Shown here piece by piece: positions 57,187 through 64,000 of a DNA stretch of 64,000 bases. How positions within the stretch are numbered: the first letter of the stretch is position 1; each line of letters opens with the position of its first letter. A program made the position numbers and the translations under genes. Source of the stretch: Trichosphaerium sp. ATCC 40318 (lineage: Eukaryota; Protista; Tubulinea). The DNA is taken from assembly GCA_038496445.1 (NCBI GenBank), contig JALMLS010000572.1:1-64000 (forward strand), written 5' to 3'. The notes under the pieces are model-generated. The model searched no databases and was not told the origin of the DNA. It worked only from the letters and a program-made list of their open reading frames with translations.

Positions 57187-60100
57187 TTAGTACAAATGAG
57201 CAGGCGTAGGGCTTTGTTCACGAGATTTTGATGCAATAGAAAGAGATGTCCTATTATTCTCCTCTTCACTAGCAACACTCATAGTAAGTGTATCTTCGTT
57301 TGTGTATTCATCTACAGAATCTAAACCAAAAGTCAGAAAAAAGTCACAAGTGATAAGTTTAAATACCAAGTTGAGTCGCTTTCTTACCTTCAGTGTCAAA
57401 TCCCCTAGGCGGCATAGCAGGCATAGCAGACTTACGTCTGGGACGTGCTTCAGGATTCATTGATTTACGAGATAACCTCGTTGAGTACCGGACAGAAGAC
57501 TTTTTATATAATAAATCGCTGGAAGAACCAGGATAATTCATAGATGAAGAATACTGCATTTCTGCAGTTGCTCTACCCTTTGGTCGGCGTATTTGAGCCA
57601 CAGACTGACTTCTCGGTGCAGAAATTTTGCTTGATCTCTTCTTTTTCCGTCGCGGTCTGAGCGGCATTACACCTTGTAGTCTTAACTGAAAAATGCTAGA
57701 GCCTTTCTGGTCAGAATAATCAGTCCAAAATATTCCACCACTGGTAGTTAAAAATTTTATATTTGTTCCATTCTTCCCATTTGGTAGCCGTATTGTTTGT
57801 ATTAAAGATCCATTCACAAGCGTACGCACTTCAACATAATTTTGGGTAAAAGCTAGAACATAAGGAAGTACAACAACTACAAAAAAAATGAGCAAACAAC
57901 ATTGAAACAATAAAAACACATAAATATGTGTTGAGCTGTGCAACAAAAAAAAAAAGAAAATAAGCTCGTACCAAATGCGCTTGGCTTTGTCGAAAACTTC
58001 ATCTCATAGTCACGACTCTCGCGGCCATACTGACGCACAAACGTGCCTCTATCTAATAGAAATATTAACAAAAAAATTGACATTATTTGTGCTGAACTTA
58101 CTATCGAATAATAGCACTACTTCGTTCCTATCCAGTGTCACAGCATCAATAGGTTCTATCCTTGTTTCTGAGGAAAACAGATCATGCATTTCAATACGGT
58201 CAATATCAATAAATGAAAACCGAGTAGCAAAGCCTACGACTAAGCCACCAAATCCAAAATTTATAGTAAGCGGCCTGTCCTTTAAGCGAACATTGACAGG
58301 TGTTTGTTTGAAGTTATCTTGCACCCACTGATATAAAGTGAGGCGAGATTTAGTTGCTATACATAAAAATAGACTACTTCCAATAGTGCCTAACGTAAAC
58401 TTTACACAAGATCTTGTGTTTTGCAATGTAAATGCTAGAACGAAAAGTCAACTCAGCATCATCATTTAAAAAGAAAAAAAAAGAAATGGATGAAAATCTA
58501 CACCACTTACCAAGTGGCTTTTTCTTCCCCTGTGCAGCATCAAGTAAGGAAGATAAATCATATATTACAATGCCAGTCTAATCAAAAAATTAATAACAAA
58601 ACAAATAAAAAGTATGATATTACCTTGTAAACAAGAGTGACAACAATCCGCAGTGCTGCGACAACAGTGATTTGTTTAAAGTACAAAAGTCGCTTTGTAT
58701 AATTAGGTATAGGAATAGGTTTAATATTCCGACGAGAAGAGAGTTTGCCACCTGAAACAGACGGCTCAAAAATGTACAATCCCGACTTTGTTCCAATAAA
58801 CATAAAACTCCCTATAACACAAGTAAGAAAAAGAATGATAAAGGTCTATTGCTTTGTACAAAACCAAACGCACCCCAAGTATCACAACACTGTATTTGAT
58901 GCTGGAATCCTTTGACTATAGCTCGTGTATGAAAAACAGCAGCCTCTTCCTTACTTTCCTTTCCCCAGCTCGTTATTTTAGCTTTTTGTTCTTTCAAGTG
59001 CTTTTGAGTCCTACGCTCGCTTTTTCGCTCTTCTTTGTTTTTTACCATTGGCGATCCAATCCGTTTCGTTGAAGAGCTTGGAAACAACGAAAAAATCTCC
59101 TGCAGAGTTTCCGAAATAATACTTGAAGTGCTGAATGATGGTGCTGAGCGATACGCCTCACGCTCGCCGTTAATCAACTTAGCAAGCATGAATTGCTTTA
59201 GCAAGTCACTATGCGGGAAACTTGGTGGGTTGGGCAATGGTGGGTGAAACGGTTTGACACTTGATTTTATAGAAAAGCCAACATTGTAAGAGCCTTTCTC
59301 TGTAGGCCGTATCACAAGATAAATATGCGGGAACTTTGAGGAAAGTGTATCAGGGCACCATGAGTACGTAGTACCATAATCCTGGAACACAATAACCTAT
59401 AATAAAGCATTAGTTTCGCATGTAATTTTTTTATTTTTTTCTGTAATTTAGACAGTGAACGTACTGCAATATCATTACCAATATGCCTCTTTCGTTCCAA
59501 CTGCTGAGAATCACCAGAACAAAAAGGAATTAATGTAGACACATGGAACATAATCTCATAGCCACTGTATTTTGTATAAATAGAGTGTGTACCACTACGG
59601 TCAGCTATTCAGCATTGATTAGCATTCTAAGATGTCAATTCATCGCGTACCTCCTGTATTATCCAAACCAGCACAGAAGCCATCGAACGCATTGAGTTTT
59701 ACCTTTTTACCAAGCAACGATAAAAACTTTGTAAACTGAGGGCTAGGGTTGCTGTTACCGAACATTTGCTCTTCGGTGGTCTGTCCAGGTTTTGCGTAAA
59801 GCACACCAAACTTATACGCGCGTTTTGCCTAAACGGTCACCGTTAGCTTTGATTTAAGCGAAATGGAAGTTTTGAAATAAAAAAAACCCAAAAAAAAACT
59901 TGTCTGTTGCCAATAATGTCGTACGCTTTGCAATTCTAGCGACAGCAACTCTTTTTGCATTTTAATATCGCGAATTAGACGTAATTTACGCCGGTTCAAA
60001 CGAGGGCGCATTCTCCTGACAATGTCGCTAGCTGCCACTCTGCCCTTCATTGTGAGGCACAAACGTTCTAATCCCTGTAGTAGAATTGAGACTCTACAAT

Positions 60101-60572
60101 TTGCAGAAAATAAAATAATACCGTTGGCAGCCATAAAATAACGCGATATTGCCTATCATCTTCCTTGCGGTAGCTCAAAGCGTATGGGCCAATTTGATCG
60201 TCAAGTCCGAGAAAGTTATGATGTTCTAAGCCATGTTAGAGCTATAGCATACAGTTTTATAATATTTCAGGACAATAAATGTTTTAGTTGCTGGAATAAG
60301 GTATAAAAACAGCAACCGACACACTCCACTCTACAAAAAGCGCCAGTGCATTGTAGTTCTGTTTTTGGCCATTATTAAAGCAAAACCTGCGTTGGTGCCG
60401 AATTTGTGTAGATCAGTTGCGTACCAGTGGCAACGAAGTATTTTGAATACCACAACACATCCTCTTCCTTATTTTCTATTACTGCAGGGTGATAAATATC
60501 TCTAGATGTAGAACCGGAGCCATCCTCCACCCGCCAGTTGTTTGTGTGTGCACATAATGGTGCGCGGTCCAT
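57187..60572 (-). CDS. RapGAP + CNH domain protein (GARNL3-like); start approximate
   Basis: [58 protein letters not shown]; CNH-type FIGTKSGLY and [24 protein letters not shown]. Confidence 0.88.
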
Positions 60573-61041
60573 CGTTGACAAAAAAAAAAAGAATTTACGT
60601 TCTATGCCAACAACATATGACTGGGGCGATGGCTATACAAATACGCTTGTTGGTATGTTGTCTAAATTTACGTTACAGATGAAGTGAGTCAAGCACTTTC
60701 CTTATGCAATTGGAATTTAAAACATTTCGTAGTTTAATGTCCGTAAAAGGGCAACGTTAAACCCAACAACAAAGCGGCAATGAACTCTCAACAGCGTAAT
60801 TTACTAAAATAGCATGCCTTATGTAAATTGAGCTCCGTACAACTTGTGCAATACTCAAAAAATGGTATAGGGCGTTAGGTAGTTAACCTTTTGTCTGTGA
60901 ACAACGTTAGTTTCCTAAAAACGAACATGTAGCTTCAACAACCTCAAAGACAGCTAAGGCTATGCAATCTATCTATAGCTGGAATTTAACGTCTCGAAAG
61001 CTATTTCTAAAGGGTTTTTTATTATTTAAACACGTGCAATA

Positions 61042-63255
61042 TTACTCTGTAGGTTGTTTTAGAAGCATAGCTATCAACCTCTTATTGTTTTGTTCTACTA
61101 ATTTTAACGGAAGAGTGCTGAGATACAGTGAATATAACTCGTAGCATCGCACATTTTTGTCTCCAGGGAATAGGTTCAACTGAAGTTTTTTATAAAAATG
61201 ACGGTTTATCGGTTGTTTATGGTCTGTATTGATTGGTTTCTCTATGCGTCGCTTGCCATTAGAATCCTCAAACCTATTCTTTCCTTAATACAATAAATAC
61301 CATATAAGCGCACCATAGTTTATAAGAGTATTGGAATTTACCAACCTGCATGACCATGTCAAAATACCCTTACAAAAAGTTAGCAAAAGTACACTATTGA
61401 TATCGTCTTACCAAGAGATAAAAACTCTTGTGCTTGGTAACACATATCCCACACTCTCTCTTTTATAACTCCCGGTTGTGTCAACTCAAAATCTGTCTTT
61501 GATGGGCACTTGTTTCCAATTAAATGCGAGATACTTGGCGCAAGGACACGGTTGAAAGTACGATCAACCAAGATGAAATGTATTATGCCAGGTAGCTAAA
61601 ATGATCTATGTTACTTCTTAATGTCTTATTTGAGGCGTACCCTGTGGATGTATGAAATCATAGTAAAACTCTTATCCAAACTCATCATGTATCCAAGGTA
61701 ATCAGAAGTAATGTTGTCACATAAATAATCAGACATTGTCCTTAACTTTTGTTTCTCCTTGTCATCTCCTTTCTTCAAAACAGTCAAAATCACGTGACTT
61801 TTCTGAGAGCAACAAAAAAACAAACTAAAAAGGTGAGCGTACCAAATTATGACCAATAATTACGAGTGTAACGTTAGGTACAATTTCAATAACGTAAACC
61901 CAGTAAGGTCTATATTTTGGCGTCCGAAAGTAAAGTATTTGAAAAACTGGCTCGGGTGGTTTAGGCGTTTGTTTTTCCTCCTTTTTCTTCTGCTGACCTT
62001 TTTCAGTAGACCTACGTTCTTCACTAGACCCTGAGTACTCTATAACTAATTAAACAAATACTATAGAGTGCAGTAGTACCTGATCCTTGCTCTGAGCCTG
62101 GATTTCCAGTGAAAAATGTCAAGAATCCTGGAGTGTTTGGTGCAGTTGTGTATTCGTCACTCACTTCTTCCCTGGATTCAGAATGCGAATCTGCGTCTGG
62201 TGTCACTTGAGACTGGTTTAACTCGCCAGTATCTAGTGGACATTCATTTGAATTAGCCTCTTCGCTTTTGGACGCTTCGTCCTCTTGCTTTTTTTCTTCG
62301 TTTTTAGCTCTTCTTTCTGGACTCAGTATTAACTTGTTATTTTATGTAAGCTCCCGTACTTTTGGGGTGAAATCGAGATGTAAGAAAGAGAATGAGCAAG
62401 AATAAATCAGCACTGCTGAGGGGAAATGATTTTTGACTACTGTACTGTGACATTAACTTGGTTCCAACAAATAACAGGCCATGAGCTACCTATACAACAA
62501 ACTAAGAAGGATTTAAACACGTGAAACATACACTAATACCAGGGAACATATTCATTGCTTGTTTTAAATAACGGTAACACCTAGTGAGCGTTAGCAACCA
62601 AGCAACACAACCTCGTAAAAAATAGGAACTGACCCGTTTTTAACTTCGTTTTTAGTATTGATAAATCTCATTATCTCTTCTATAGACTAGTATACTAATC
62701 AGATACATGGTGATTACACGATAAAATGTACCTGCACTAAAAAACTCTGTTTTTCCTCACAAAGATGACACATCGTGTCTACAGCGTTTGCAAAATGCTT
62801 TTGCCGCCTTGCTGACGCTCAGTTATAACGTTTAGAGTGCTTGCGTACCGTTGTAAATTGATTATGTGGTTTCTGTCATGTAGCTTTGATGGTCCAATTT
62901 CTAAAAGCAAAAGTTCGTGTACGAGCTCTAATTGACTGCGCAGAAAAGCTTCAGACTCCCCTAGTGTCGATTTAGTCTTTTAAGTGGAAAATTCTGACGT
63001 ACCCTCGTTACTAACAGCCAACAATGATACGTCGCCATCCTTAGAGCGTGTGAGCTATATGTCACGTATAAAACGTGAACGCACTTGTAAAAATGCCATT
63101 TTAGTGCCGTCTATACTTCTAACTGATGAATAATACTGCTTCAGCCTTTCCGACGCGAAACTTTGAGCTGTGGAGAGTACAAACGTAAGTACTTCATTTT
63201 TGTGATCAGTATAGATGGCATTGCCAGTATCATCAGCCACAAAGAATAGCTTCAT
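61042..63255 (-). CDS. HPS1: HPS1-like longin-domain protein (BLOC-3 subunit)
   Basis: MKLFFVADDTGNAIY (longin start), LPGIIHFILVDRTFNRVLAPSI, RVWDMCYQAQEFLSLG and CYELYSLYLSTLP resemble HPS1 C-terminal motifs as I recall them. Confidence 0.72.
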
Positions 63256-63381
63256 GGTAGACAAGCTTTCTACGGTTTCACGCGAAGTTAACTGCTGGAC
63301 AATTTAAAAATTGACCAAAGTACGACCAAAATACATTGTATTCCGACTCTGTTGTGTAGATTATACAAACAGCGTGCAATC
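63256..63381. promoter_or_regulatory. Putative bidirectional promoter between HPS1 and PRPS
   Basis: Only 126 bp separate the divergent ATGs (63255 on -, 63382 on +). Confidence 0.4.
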
Positions 63382-64000
63382 ATGACAGCGGCAAGAGAGA
63401 TGAAGATTTTTAGCGGTAAAGCCAATGTGTCTTTTGCCAAACAAGTTGTTCGCGTTCTTGGTACTCCTCTTGGCAAGGCAAGAACCACCAATTTCAACGA
63501 CGGCGAAACTAGGTACAAATTAGCGACTACATTGTCATAAATAACAGAATAGAGTTCAAATAGGCGAAAATGTGCGAGGATGTGATGTATTTGTAATACA
63601 GGTGACATAAAGCAATTATTACGAAGCCTTACCCAAAATGTTAGCCAACTTGCCCTCCGGTGAATGATAACCTCATGGAGCTATTGATCATGCTAGATGC
63701 ACTGCGTCGTGCTTCTGTAGAACGTATTACAGCAGTCATCCCTTACTTTGGTACGTTGCCAAACAAGAATTCCATGTCTCACAGTCTTCAGGTTATGGAC
63801 GCCAAGACCGTACGTTTTCCACTTCTAGTGTGTACAATTGCGAATGCAACATTAGGGAAACACGGATCCAGAGAGCCGATAACAGCGAAGGTAAGCATTC
63901 AAAAATAGCAAATTGAATAGCCTTATTTAGTTCTTTTTTTTTTAGTTGGTTGCAGACCTTTTGGTGGCAGCTGGTCCTCAAAGATTTCTCTTCTTGGATC
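63382..64000 (+). CDS. PRPS: Ribose-phosphate pyrophosphokinase (partial, runs off right edge)
   Basis: MKIFSG, FNDGET|[17 protein letters not shown]|[36 protein letters not shown]|YGRQDR, REPITAK. Confidence 0.93.

Overview
Gene-dense, AT-rich eukaryotic DNA with many short (~40-100 nt) spliceosomal introns (donor mostly GTACGT/GTAAGT). The gene set (Roco kinase, IP3 receptor, RapGAP-CNH, HPS1) suggests an amoebozoan-like protist; this is an inference. The ORF track is fragmented by introns, so I stitched gene models by eye and their ends are approximate. Core genes: metallophosphoesterase, CBS-domain protein, RAP-like repeat protein, RING/C2H2 zinc finger, UBA-like protein, Roco kinase, H1-like basic/acidic protein, IP3 receptor, SLC43-like MFS transporter, POLQ, RapGAP-CNH, HPS1 and PRPP synthetase. 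The first 13 kb is an accessory, rearranged zone with two notable structures. (1) A ~1.44 kb element with ~31 bp terminal inverted repeats (1662-3103) sits in a palindromic GGTACC target. It carries an intronless, giant-virus-like F-box/MORN-variant repeat cargo and no recognisable transposase. (2) A ~6.2 kb head-to-head inverted duplication carries a SAP-SAP/coiled-coil/PD-(D/E)XK nuclease-like/FunK1-type kinase gene (Crinkler-RHS-like), interleaved with decayed copies of the neighbouring CBS gene's 3' end. Also noted: a complete Sel1-repeat gene nested antisense in a POLQ intron, a Roco protein with degenerate GTPase motifs, a non-canonical IP3R pore filter, and a convergent pair of paralogs sharing an unrecognised domain.
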